64,000 bases of DNA from Histomonas meleagridis 2922-C6/04-290x (lineage: Eukaryota > Protista > Parabasalia). The notes under the pieces were generated by a model that had not been told where the DNA came from, made no database searches, and saw nothing but the letters and a program-made list of their open reading frames with translations. A program made the position numbers and the translations under genes. Shown here in pieces: positions 34,567 to 46,049 of this stretch. Where the stretch lies: assembly GCA_020184695.1 (NCBI GenBank), contig JAANOX010000179.1, forward strand, positions 62,001 to 126,000, in the 5' to 3' direction. Position 1 is the first letter of the stretch. Each line of letters opens with the position of its first letter.

Positions 34567-37212
34567 TTATGAAATATTTTTATCATTAATATCAATTCCT
34601 TCTTGTTCAAGAAGTAATTTAATTATTTCTATATGGCCATTTTCAGATGCTTTCATAAGTGCTGTATAAAATAATTTAAATAATTTTCAAATATTATATA
34701 GTGGCCGATAAGTAACCGGAATTTCCTCCCACATAACATTTATCAACAAAATAAATATATATATATAAATAGCTTATATAAATTATTTTTATTGTTATAA
34801 GTTTGAGAATTTAATTCCTTCAGATCATAGAGAAAAATCGAAAAACGGCCACTGTACGTTAAAAATTGTACGTTAAGCAGATGGAACAAAGGTACGTCAT
34901 CATGTATTCTCTACGCAAAAACATGAGGATTCTTGATATAGTCAAGGAACTCAAAGATGTATATGGGGACGAAGCCCTCTCAAAAACTCAAGTGTATTTT
35001 TGGGTTAAAGAAATAAAGATGGGCAGAAAAGATTTAAATAATCTGCCTAAGGAAGGAAGACCGATAGACGAACAATTAATCGTCTCAATCCAGGATCATC
35101 TCAAAAAGGAGCCATTCTCCTCATCTCGTAAGATTGCACTTGAGTTACATGTATTACATGATACAATATTAAGGCATCTTACTCAAACATTGGGATATAA
35201 ATGTATGAATCTTCGATGGGTTCCGCACTTTTTGACCCCCGAACAAAAAAGTTGCAGAGTAAAATTGGCGAAGATTCTTATCCCAATTATTAAACAAGAA
35301 GAAGCAACAGGCTTCGAATTCTTATTAACAGGGGATGAGTCATTGTTCATATATCGCTACCAATATAAAAGTAAGTGGGTAGTTGATGTAGATGATCTAG
35401 AAGAAAGGGTTGAAGAAACCAATTTTTCAAAAAAGACGATGTTTACAATTTTTGTCAATGGAAAGGGGGTACAATTAATCGACGTCAAACCAACACACGT
35501 TAAAATTGACGCCAATTATTTTATAAATAACATATAAATGGATATCGAAGGTTCTGAACTTATGAAGAAATCAAGAAATATGAAACACAAGCTCCTGGTG
35601 CACTACGATAATGCACCCTGTCATTCGGCGAAGACCGTTAAGGAGCATCTCAGACATTCGGGCCTCATTATTCTGTCTCATCCCCCATATTCACCCGATC
35701 TAGCTATATGCGATTTTGGCCTGTTCGGAACTATACAGAATTCTTTTGCTGGAAATGAATTTGAAACAGAAGATGATCTAACAGAAGCCATTTTTCGTAT
35801 CAAAAAGTGAAGATTTTTATAAATTATTGTTTTTTGAATGGATACGTCGACTTGAAGCCTGTGTCGCTAATAATGGAAACTACATTCAATAAACAATAAT
35901 TTTTTATTTATATACTTTTTTCGAAATTCAACACACATCAAAATTCCGGTTACTCTTATCGGCCACCCTATATTTTGAAATATAAAATTATTAAAATAAA
36001 AATTATCTTTATCATTAATATCAATTCCTTCTTGTTCAAGAAGTAATTTGACTATTTCTGTATGACCATTCCAAGATGCTAAAATAAGTGCTGTTCTAAA
36101 TAATTTCAATAATTTCCAAATATTATTTTGAAATATAAAATTATTAAAATAAAAATTATCTTTAGCATTAATATCAATTCCTTCTTGTTCAAGAAGTAAT
36201 TTAACTATTTCTGTATAACCATATTCAGATGCATCAATAAGTGCTGTTTTAAATAATTTAAATAATTTTCAAATATTATTTAGAAATATTAAATTATTAA
36301 AATAAATTTTAAATAAAACAAATAAATTTTATCTTTAGCATTAATATCAATTCCTTCTTGTTCAAGAAGTAATTTAACTATTTCTGTATGACCATTCCAA
36401 GATGCTAAAATAAGTGCTGTTTTAAATAATTTAAATAATTTCCAAATATTATTTTGAAATATAAAATTATTAAAATAAATTATAAATAAAACAAATAAAT
36501 ATCTTTAGCATTAATATCAATTCCTTTTTGCTTTAAAATGTATATAACAAGTTCAATATTTCCTGATTCTGAAGCAAAAACTAAAATATTTACAGAAGTT
36601 TATTATTTTTATGGAAATATTTTACAAGAAAAATGTTTCCAATTTTTGCTGCTTTATTAATGATATTTTCATTAATTTTCATTCCTTCTTTTTCTAAATA
36701 TGTAAAAATTTCATAATTAAAATATGAAACACATTTTTCTCCTAATTCGTATAATTGATTAATTTATTCAATTTTATTCTCATAAAGATAATGAAAGATA
36801 TCATTTCGATGAAATTCAATTGCTGTTTCATATGCATATTCAAATGATGAATGATTTTGTTCACATAAATGAATGATTTCAATGTTTCCACTTGATATTG
36901 CATATTTACCTGTATTATTAATATTTGCACAATTCATAAGTAAATATTTAAAACATTTAACTGAAAAAAAATGCTGCATAATCAATTAATGTAACATTAT
37001 AATGATTAACAAATGAACAACTTTCATAAAGTGATGGCTCAATTTTTTGGTTAAAATCAAAATTTGATTGTGATGATATCTCTTGAAGTTTTAGGATTTC
37101 ATCTTTTCGAATTATTTTCGCAATTTCATTCTGATTAACTCCTTCTTCAATTAATTGCTTATGAAGTTCCCAATCATTCTTTCAAAGTTCTTAATAATTT
37201 ACAAAATCATTT
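34567..37212 (-). pseudogene. 5'-truncated DUF3447/ankyrin gene, 4 insert-interrupted repeats, mariner in the last insert
   Basis: Inserts at 36424-36500 (77), 36251-36330 (80), 36098-36157 (60) and one split by the mariner; terminal module YTALMKASENGH...DKNIS with stop at 34567-34569; T-run frameshift near 36965. Confidence 0.8.
34697..35970 (+). mobile_element. Mariner (DD34D) element, 1274 bp, TA target-site duplication, transposase with an in-frame TAA (35535-35537) and a frameshift near 35800
   Basis: TIRs GTGGCCGATAAG(AG)TAACCGGAATTT at both ends; TSD TA at 34695-34696 and 35971-35972; WVPHFLT, TGDES, HYDNAPCH, HPPYSPDLAICD with 34 residues between D2 and D3. Confidence 0.95.
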
Positions 37213-38296
37213 AAATACAATTGCAGATGGAAATAAACATGATATCGAATTTGAAATGAATCTTCCATTTGAAGATATATTAGCTTTACAAGCATTTGAT
37301 TTATATCCAAATAAATTAGTTGGTGATATTGAATTAAAGTTTTATGTTAAACAAAATGGTTTAATTTGGTGTCAAGTAGATCCATGTAAAATTAAAGAAG
37401 TTAAAGAATTTTTAGAAGTAACTTCTATTAATGCTACATTTAATAATTTACCTTTATTTACTCATGGTTTTACTCGAATAGGTAATTCTGCTTATATAAC
37501 TACTACATTTAAATGTGATATCGCAACTAATCATACTATTGATACTGCATCTGAAAATGTTTCTTTATATTGTACAGGTTTAACAGTAGTTTCATGTATA
37601 TCTAATATGTTTGGATTTGGAGTTAAAGAAAAAACTTTAAATCAAATAGCTCAAATACTTCAACAACCTGGAGGTTTATTAATTCCTTCACAACAATTAG
37701 ATTATAATGCATTTGCGTTAGCTGCTACAGAATCTGGTATACGATCTACTATTAATATGCCTTTATTTAATGTTACAACTATTACAGTTGTATTTCCAAA
37801 ACATGCTAATGATTATACTTGTTTTGATAATCCTATTTATAATAATGATTATTCATATTTCTTATATTTAGTTCGATTTTCATTCGTATTAATACAGAAA
37901 TGATCTTCATAATGATCACGTTCAATAAAATCAGCGTGCATTGAAACATCAGATACTAAATAATCCTTAAATTTACACTTACATTGTTGCACTACTATAT
38001 ATCTAGGATTTTGAGGATCCACAAATTCAGGAGGAATACTGTTTCCTTTTTGTAAAGTACAAAAATACGTTTTAGTTCACAGGTTTAAGCATTTATGAAA
38101 AATAAAGTTTATTACTGAAAAAGATATTTTGTTTTTGTTCTGGGACAAAATTACTGGCCGATGAACGTTAATTTCGGCGCTCGTTAACTTCGTGAACATT
38201 TTTTCTGACGATGGCTTATGAACGTTTACTTATTATTGCGGTTTTTTCTGTTGCCTGTTTTTTTCTGGCCAATGGACATTTTTTGCTTTCCGGAAC
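37213..38296. mobile_element. Probable Maverick/Polinton-derived fragments (two ORF pieces in opposite orientation) plus a GC-richer terminal-like stretch
   Basis: Plus-strand ORF 37256-37903 (MNLPFEDILALQAFDLYPN..GDIELKFYV) and minus-strand piece about 37850-38090 (IPPEFVDPQNPRYIVVQQC...HADFIERDHYEDHFC) resemble trichomonad Maverick ORFs from recall; both junctions cut ankyrin-family genes. Confidence 0.45.
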
Positions 38297-40827
38297 TATA
38301 ATATCAATTCCTTCTTTGTCAAGAAGTTATTTAACTATTTCTGTATGACCATTTCTAGATGCGATTATAAGTGATGTTTGAAATAATTTAAATAATTTTC
38401 AAATATTATTTTGAAATCCCAAATTATTAAAATATATATTAAATAAAATAAAAATTATCTTTAGCATTAATATCAATTCCTTCTTGTTCAAGAAGTAATT
38501 TAACTATTTCTGTATGACCATGTCTAGATGCCCAAATAAGTGCTGTTTGAAATAATTTAAATAAATTCCAAATATTATTTAGAAATATTAAATTATTAAA
38601 ATAAATATTAAATAAAACAAATAAATTTTATCTTTAGCATTAATATCAATTCCTTCTTGTTCAAGAAGTAATTTAACTATTTCTGTATAACCATATTTCG
38701 ATGCTAAAATAAGTGCTGTTTTAAATAATTTAAATAATTTCCAAATATTATTTTGAAATATAAAATTATTAAAATAAATCCAAAATAAAACAAACAAATA
38801 TCTTTAGCATTAATATCAATTCCTTCTTGTTCAAGAAGTAATTTAACTATTTCTGTATGATCATTCCAAGATGCTAAAATAAGTGCTGTTTTAAATAATT
38901 TAAATAATTTCCAAATATTATTTTGAAATATAAAATTATTAAAATAAATATTAAATAAAACAAATAAATATCTTTAGCATTAATATCAATTCCTTCTTGC
39001 TCAAGAAGTAATTTAACTATTTCTGTATAACCATATTGAGATGCATCAATAAGTGCTGTTTCAAATAATTTAAATAAATTCCAAATATTATATTGAAATA
39101 TTAAATTATTAAAATAAATATTAAATAAAACAAAAAAATATCTTTATCATTAATATCAATTCCTTCTTGCTCAAGAAGTAATTTAACTATTTCTATATGA
39201 CCATTTGAAGATGCTAAAATAAGTGCTGTTTTAAATAATTTCAATAATTTTCAAATATTATTTTGAATTTTCAAATTATTAAAATAAATATTAAATAAAA
39301 CAAATAAATATCTTTAGCATTAATATCAATTCCTTCTTGTTCAAGAAGTAATTTAACTATTTCTGTATAACCATATTCAGATGCATCAATAAGTGCTGTT
39401 TTAAATAATTTAAATAATTTTCAAATATTATTTAGAAATATTAAATTATTAAAATAAATTTTAAATAAAACAAATAAATTTTATCTTTAGCATTAATATC
39501 AATTCCTTCTTGTTCAAGAAGTAATTTAACTATTTCTGTATGACCATTCCAAGATGCTAAAATAAGTGCTGTTTTAAATAATTTAAATAATTTCCAAATA
39601 TTATTTTGAAATATAAAATTATTAAAATAAATTATAAATAAAACAAATAAATACTTTTAGCATTAATATCAATTCCTTCTTGTTCAAGAAGTAATTTAAC
39701 TATTTCTGTATAACCATTATAAGATGCCCAAATAAGTGCTGTTCTAAATAATTTCAATAATTTTCAAATATTATTTTGAATTTTCAAATTATTAAAATAA
39801 ATATTAAATAAAACAAATAAATATCTTTAGCATTAATATCAATTCCTTCTTGTTCAAGAAGTAATTTAACTATTTCTATATGACCATTTGAAGATGCTAA
39901 AATAAGTGCTGTTTTAAATAATTTAAATAATTTTCAAATATTATTTTGAATTTTCAAATTATTAAAATAAATATTAAATAAAACAAATAAATATCTTTAG
40001 CATTAATATCAATTCCTTCTTGTTCAAGAAGTAATTTAACTATTTCTGTATAACCATATTGAGATGCATCAATAAGTGCTGTTTCAAATACTTTAAATAA
40101 ATTCCAAATATTATTTAGAAATATTAAATTATTAAAATAAATATTAAATAAAACAAAAAAATATCTTTATCATTAATATCAATTCCTTCTTGCTCAAGAA
40201 GTAATTTAACTATTTCTGTATGACCATTCCAAGATGCTAAAATAAGTGCTGTTTTAAATAATTTAAATAATTTCCAAATATTATTTTGAAATATAAAATT
40301 ATTAAAATAAATTATAAATAAAACAAATAAATATCTTTATCATTAATATCAATTCCTTCTTGTTCAAGAAGTAATTGAACTATTTCTGTATGACCATTCC
40401 AGTCTGCATACATAATTGCTGTTCGAAATAAGTTAACTAATTTCCAAAATATTATTTTGAAATATAAAATTATTAAAAATAAATATTAAATAAAACAAAT
40501 AAATATCTTTAGCATTAATATCAATTCCTTCTTGTTCAAGAAGTAATTGAACTATTTCTGTATGACCATTCCAGTCTGCATACATAATTGCTGTTAGAAA
40601 TAATTTAAATAATTTCCAAATATTATTTTGAATTTCCAAATTATTAAAATAAAAATTATCTTTAGCATTAATATCAATTCCTTCTTGTTCAAGAAGTAAT
40701 TTAACTATTTCTGTATGACCATGTCTAGATGCCCAAATAAGTGCTGTTTGAAATAATTTAAATAATTTCCAAATATTATTTTGAAATATAAAATTATTAA
40801 AATAAATAATAAATAAAACAAAGAAAT
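38297..40827 (-). repeat. Tandem array of 15 units (93-nt ankyrin module plus 60-80-nt insert)
   Basis: Insert lengths counted 5' to 3': 77,60,79,77,77,77,77,77,80,77,77,77,77,80,76. Confidence 0.95.
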
Positions 40828-41976
40828 ATCTTTAGCATTAATATCAATTCCTTCTTGTTTTAAAACGGATTCAACAAGTTCAATATTTCCTGATCCAGAT
40901 GAAAATACCAATATATCATGAGGAATTGAATGCTCTTTAAGAAAATATTCAACTAAAAAAATATTTCCAATATTTGCTGCTTCATTAATAATATTATCAT
41001 TAATTTTCATTCCTTCTTTAAGTAAAAATGAAAATACTTCGAAGTTATGATGTAAAATACAAAGCTTTCCTAATTCTTCTAAATTATTAATTTCTTCTAA
41101 TTTGTTTTCATAAAGATAATGAAAAATATCATTTCTATGAAATTCAATTGCTGTTTCATATGCATCTTCAAATGATGAATGATTTTGTTCACATAAATGA
41201 ATGATTTCTTCATTTCCACCTGCAACTGCATATATACCTGTATCTTCTACATTTGCACCATTCATAAATAAATATTTAAAACATTTAACAGAAGAAAAAA
41301 ATGCTGCATAATCAATTAATGTAACATTTTTTTTATTTATAAATGAACATCTTTCATAAAGTGATGGTTTAATTTTTTGATTAAAATCAAAATTTAGTTG
41401 CGATGATATTTCTTGAAGTTTTTCTATTTCATCTTTTCGAATCATTTTTACAATTTCATTTGGATTATGTCCTTCTTTAATGAATTTCTTATGAAGTTCC
41501 CAATCATTCTTTGAAAGTTCTTCATAATTTACAAAATCATTTTCCCTTAAATAGATTGCTAATTCTTCTTTAGACATATAATGTGCAAAATAAGCACTAT
41601 GTTTGTTTTTTACAATGCTTGGTTCAAGAAAATTATGTTCAATCATAGCTTCAAGAAGATAAGATGATTCATTTGTATACTTATTGATAAGAAATCGACC
41701 AAATATATCAAATATATTGGATTTGATTTTATTAATCTCTTCAAATGTTCTTATTTCTTTTATAATATTAAAAAATAAATCTATATTATTGTTTCTAATT
41801 ACAAAGGAATCATATATCATTTGAATAATAATTAAATCATAAGATAAAGGATGGATTTCATCAAATTTGTTGATTATTAAACCTAAAGATCTCGAGAAAT
41901 TTTCTTCATTCAAACCAAAAATTGCTTGATTTATTGATAGAAGTGTTTCCCAGTCGCAATGTTCCTTTGGTCTCAT
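38297..41976 (-). CDS. DUF3447/ankyrin gene: open N-terminal ORF followed by 15 ankyrin modules each preceded by a non-coding insert; 3' end truncated
   Basis: ORF 40705-41976; about 170-nt period over 38297-40827; modules read (K/R/E/Q/L)TALIxASxxG(H/Y)TEIVKLLLEQEGIDINAKD; last module has a TAA. Confidence 0.85.
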
Positions 41977-42379
41977 GTGGAAAATATTAATAACGGATAT
42001 ATCAATTCAAATTTGTATAAATAATCAAAAAGTTGAATTGTTCAAGCTAAAATGAAAATATCTTGCTTTATAAATGAAATAAAATAATAAAAGTCGGCTT
42101 ATTATTATCACCAATTAAAAGTATATATTTTTATTGATTTATATATAAGCATTTTTTCTCTAATTGTCCGACAAACTCGTGAAAAAATGAAGATTTCGAA
42201 AATTTACCGTCCCGAGAGAATGTTTTGTATAAACTATAGCTCGGAATTAGTGTACATGAAAATGGCTCGTGTACCTATCGTTTTCCAAATTTTTTGTAGC
42301 GCATAAAAAACATAACAATGTTTGCATATTTACTGAACATTGATTTTCTGGAGTTCGCTATTTTCTGACCAACTACGAA

Positions 42380-42983
42380 TTGAAAACAAAAGAAAGGAAA
42401 AAACATTTTTATGTTCTCGTTTTTGTTATATTTTTCATAAATTATTTTCAAATATTTTATGATAATAACTTAAAATTAATAATACCAAATTTAAATGATT
42501 TTAATGAAATTGATCAATATCAAAACATCACTTCTAAATATAAAATCATTGACTTACCAAATTCCAAGAGAAATTATTCAAGAATTTTTCATCGGAAAAT
42601 ATTACATTACAATTAGATGTGATGGTTGTAAATCGATTAATATAAATTATGAAAATAAAAGCATTGTCGATAATACAAAAGATAAAGATAAAAATAACAT
42701 CTTTCTGTGTTATCCAAAATATTCAGAAAATATTTTACTAACAGCAATTTGTAATTCTTCATATGATTCATTTTGCGAATTTACTCAATCATTTACCAAT
42801 TTAGGATTAACTTTATTAGGGTATGGTTCAGCAGATGGAGTAAATGAGTTAAATTCGCAAAACCCATTGAGTAAATTATCAAATGGTGTTAATAGACAAT
42901 TAGTTTACAATAAAAGTGCAGCGAAATACTCAAAAAATTGGGTCGGTTATATTCAAATAATTGAGAAAAAACATTCAACCTGA
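42380..42983 (+). CDS. Hypothetical, apparently frameshifted ORF pair
   Basis: Overlapping ORFs 42380-42616 and 42495-42983; N-terminal hydrophobic segment; no recognised motif. Confidence 0.3.
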
Positions 42984-43259
42984 TTCAATTAATTTAAGAA
43001 TAATCACACACAAAAACGAAACAATAGAAATATCACCAATGTTTGGTAAATTAAGTATCCCATTTAGTCATAATCAATATGCTTATAATCCAAGGCAATT
43101 TTTTAGTATTCTTTGAAAGTTCTTCGAAATTATTTAAAAAAAAATTGAATGGTCTTAAAATATGCTTTTTGTTTTCTTCTTCTGTTTTGCAATGTGCAAA
43201 ATATTTAGATTCATTGTTTTTTATCGACTAAATATTCACTAAAAATGTTAATAAATTTT

Positions 43260-44258
43260 GGATTCCTCCGATAATTACTGCTTCATTATATCATCATTGA
43301 TTTTCATTCCTTCTTTAAGTAAAAATGAAAATATTTCATAATTTTGATGTAAAATACAAAGTTTTCTTCTAAATTATTAATTTCTTCAATTTTACTTTCA
43401 TAAAGATAATGAAAGATATCATTTCGATGAAATTCAATTGCTGCTTCATATGCATATTCAAATGATGAATGATTTTGTTCACATAAATGAATGATTTCAA
43501 TGTTTCCACTTGCAATTGCATATTTACCTATATTATTAATATTTGCACCATTCATAAGTAAATATTTAAAACATTTATCTGAAAAAAAAAATGCTGCATA
43601 ATCAATTAATGTAATATTTTCTTCATTAATAAATGAACATCTTTCATAAATTGATGGTTTAATTGTTTGATTAAAATCGAAATTTGTTTGTGATGATATT
43701 TCTTGAAGTTTTTCTATATCATCATTTCGAATTATTTTCGCAATTTCATTTGGATTAACTCCTTCTTTTAGTAATTTCTTATGAAGTTCCCAATCATTCT
43801 TTGATAATTCTTCATAATTTGGTAAGGCAATAAAAATGAATATTTCCTTAAATAGATTGCTAATTTATCTTTAGACATATGATGTACAAAATAATCATTC
43901 TGGTTGTTTTTTAGGGTGTTTGGTTGAAGAAAATTATGTTCAATCATAGCTTCAAGAAGATAAGATGATTCATCTGTTCGAATATTATTAAGAAATCGCC
44001 CAAATATATCAAATATATTTGACTTTATTAATCTCTTCAAATTTTCTTATTTCTTTTATAATATTTCAAAATAAATCTACATTAATATAAATATTCACAA
44101 AGGAATAATATATCATTTGAATAATAATTAAATAATATGATAAAGGATGAATTTCATTAAATTTGTTGACAATCAAACATGCAGATCTAGAGAAATTTTT
44201 TTCATTCAAATCAAAAATTGATTTATTGATAGAAGTGCCCCCAGCCGCAACTCCATCT
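43260..44258 (-). pseudogene. DUF3447-family pseudogene, head-to-head with 44333
   Basis: Core about 43420-43800 nearly identical in reverse complement to about 44870-45250; frameshifts; start codon region lost. Confidence 0.75.
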
Positions 44259-44332
44259 AAAATTGTACGTTAAGAGACCGTTTATTAGATCAATGGCCGG
44301 AAAGTGCCAATATTCAAAGGAGCAGATTTTAT

Positions 44333-45796
44333 ATGACAAATCACATGTCAAATGATGGTACTACTACCACAAACACAGGAGAGAAAAATTTGAATAATTT
44401 GTCAACATGCCTGAAATCCTTAATTGAGCTTGAGAAAACTATATTCAGTTTAAGTGAAGAAAACTCCCAGGTGTCAGCTAAAAAAGCATTGGAATTATTC
44501 GATGGAAATTTCCCAAATACTTTTAATACTATTATAAGTAACATAATTTATAATACATTTTCATCACGAAAGCATGAGTTTGATATTTACATAAATTTTT
44601 TAAAAACACTTGAAATGAAAGAAGAAGAAATTAATCAAAATATTGTTAAACTAATTTCAATTTTTATCAAACGTATATCTCCAAAGAACACACAAGAATC
44701 ATATTATTTAATCGAGAAACTAATTGAACAAAATTTGATTGACAAAGATATCACCAAAAATATTAAATCGAGATATTTTGCTCATTATAAAACAGAAAAA
44801 GAAAATCAAAACCATATGGCATATGGAAATGATCCAATAGAAAAATACTTTATTAATCATCATGAAGAACTTTCAAAGAATGATTGGGAACTTCATAAGA
44901 AATACGCCAAAGAAGGAGTTAATCCAAATGAAATTGCGAAAATAATTCGAAATGATGATATAGAAAAACTTCAAGAAATATCATCACAAACAAATTTCGA
45001 TTTTAATCAAACAATTAAACCATCAATTTATGAAAGATGTTCATTTATTAATGAAGAAAATATTACATTAATTGATTATGCAGCATCAGATAAATGTTTT
45101 AAATATTTACTTATGAATGGTGCAAATATTAATAATATAGGTAAATATGCAATTGCAAGTGGAAACATTGAAATCATTCATTTATGTGAACAAAATCATT
45201 CATCATTTGAATATGCATATGAAGCAGCAATTGAATTTCATCGAAATGATATCTTTAAATATATTTATGAAAATAAATTAGAAAAAATACAATCAATACC
45301 AAAAATGTCTGAAGATAAAACATTAGTAAGTTTTTGTATTCAAAAAGATAATTATGAAATTTTAGCATTTTTTGTTGAAAAAGGAATTAATGTTAATGCT
45401 TATGATATAAATGAATCAGCAAGAAATGGAAATTTATTTCTCTTGAAATATTTCCTTCAAAGTAACCAAATTCCAAAAGGTATTTTACTATTTGCTTCAG
45501 AATCAGGAAATATTGAACTTGTGAAATATGTTTTAGATAAAGAAGGAATTGATGTAAATGAATATAATATTCATTTTAATAATTTAGAATATGTTTTAAT
45601 ATTTTGAAACATGTTTTCATAATTTGAAACAGCACTTCATATCGCAGTCGAAAATAATGGTATAGTCATAAAATTACTTTTAGAAAATATCGTTCTATCG
45701 TTATGTAAAATTTACAAAAAGTCGAGTGAAAAAAAAATGATCAATGACCAAAAGGGTAGCTGGATTCCGTACAAATATTTTGTATTATGGGACTAA
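44333..45796 (+). CDS. DUF3447/ankyrin gene with one diverged 57-nt insert (45569-45625) and a terminal ankyrin-like module
   Basis: ORF 44333-45607; after the insert ETALHIAVENNGIVIKLLLEN continues in frame to TAA at 45794-45796. Confidence 0.75.
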
Positions 45797-46049
45797 AAAT
45801 AATAAGATGTACTCAATAGATTTCCATTAAACTTTAAGAGTAAGTAATACTATGAATAATAATTAATTTTTTGTTGTTATGAATTTTTCATCATTTTTTT
45901 CACAAAAATTATCATCAAATTATATGAAAATCATGCAATAAAATATGATATAAAATATTCTATTTATCAAATTTCATGCGTTAATAATAATGTATTAAAA
46001 CAAACTGAATTTAGGAAATGTTTATTTCAATATTTAAATATTTCCTCTT

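Noticed and set aside
39823-39992. Canonical GT-AG splicing of the inserts using TT/GTTTT and AAAACAG/CA
   Set aside because: The join is out of frame by one base, there is no ACTAAC branch motif, the 60-nt form lacks the GT, and some copies (ACC GCA, ACG GCA) lack the AG.
39823-39992. AT-AC (U12-type) intron reading of the inserts
   Set aside because: The available AT and AC ends do not restore the frame and there is no ATATCCTT donor.
39916-39992. TGA reassigned to Trp, suggested by TGG/TGA alternation in inserts
   Set aside because: TGA terminates intact genes here (24112-24114, 55208-55210), and most inserts are out of frame regardless.
38297-40827. CRISPR-like repeat/spacer array
   Set aside because: Eukaryotic context, no cas genes, and both parts of the 170-nt unit repeat; there are no unique spacers.
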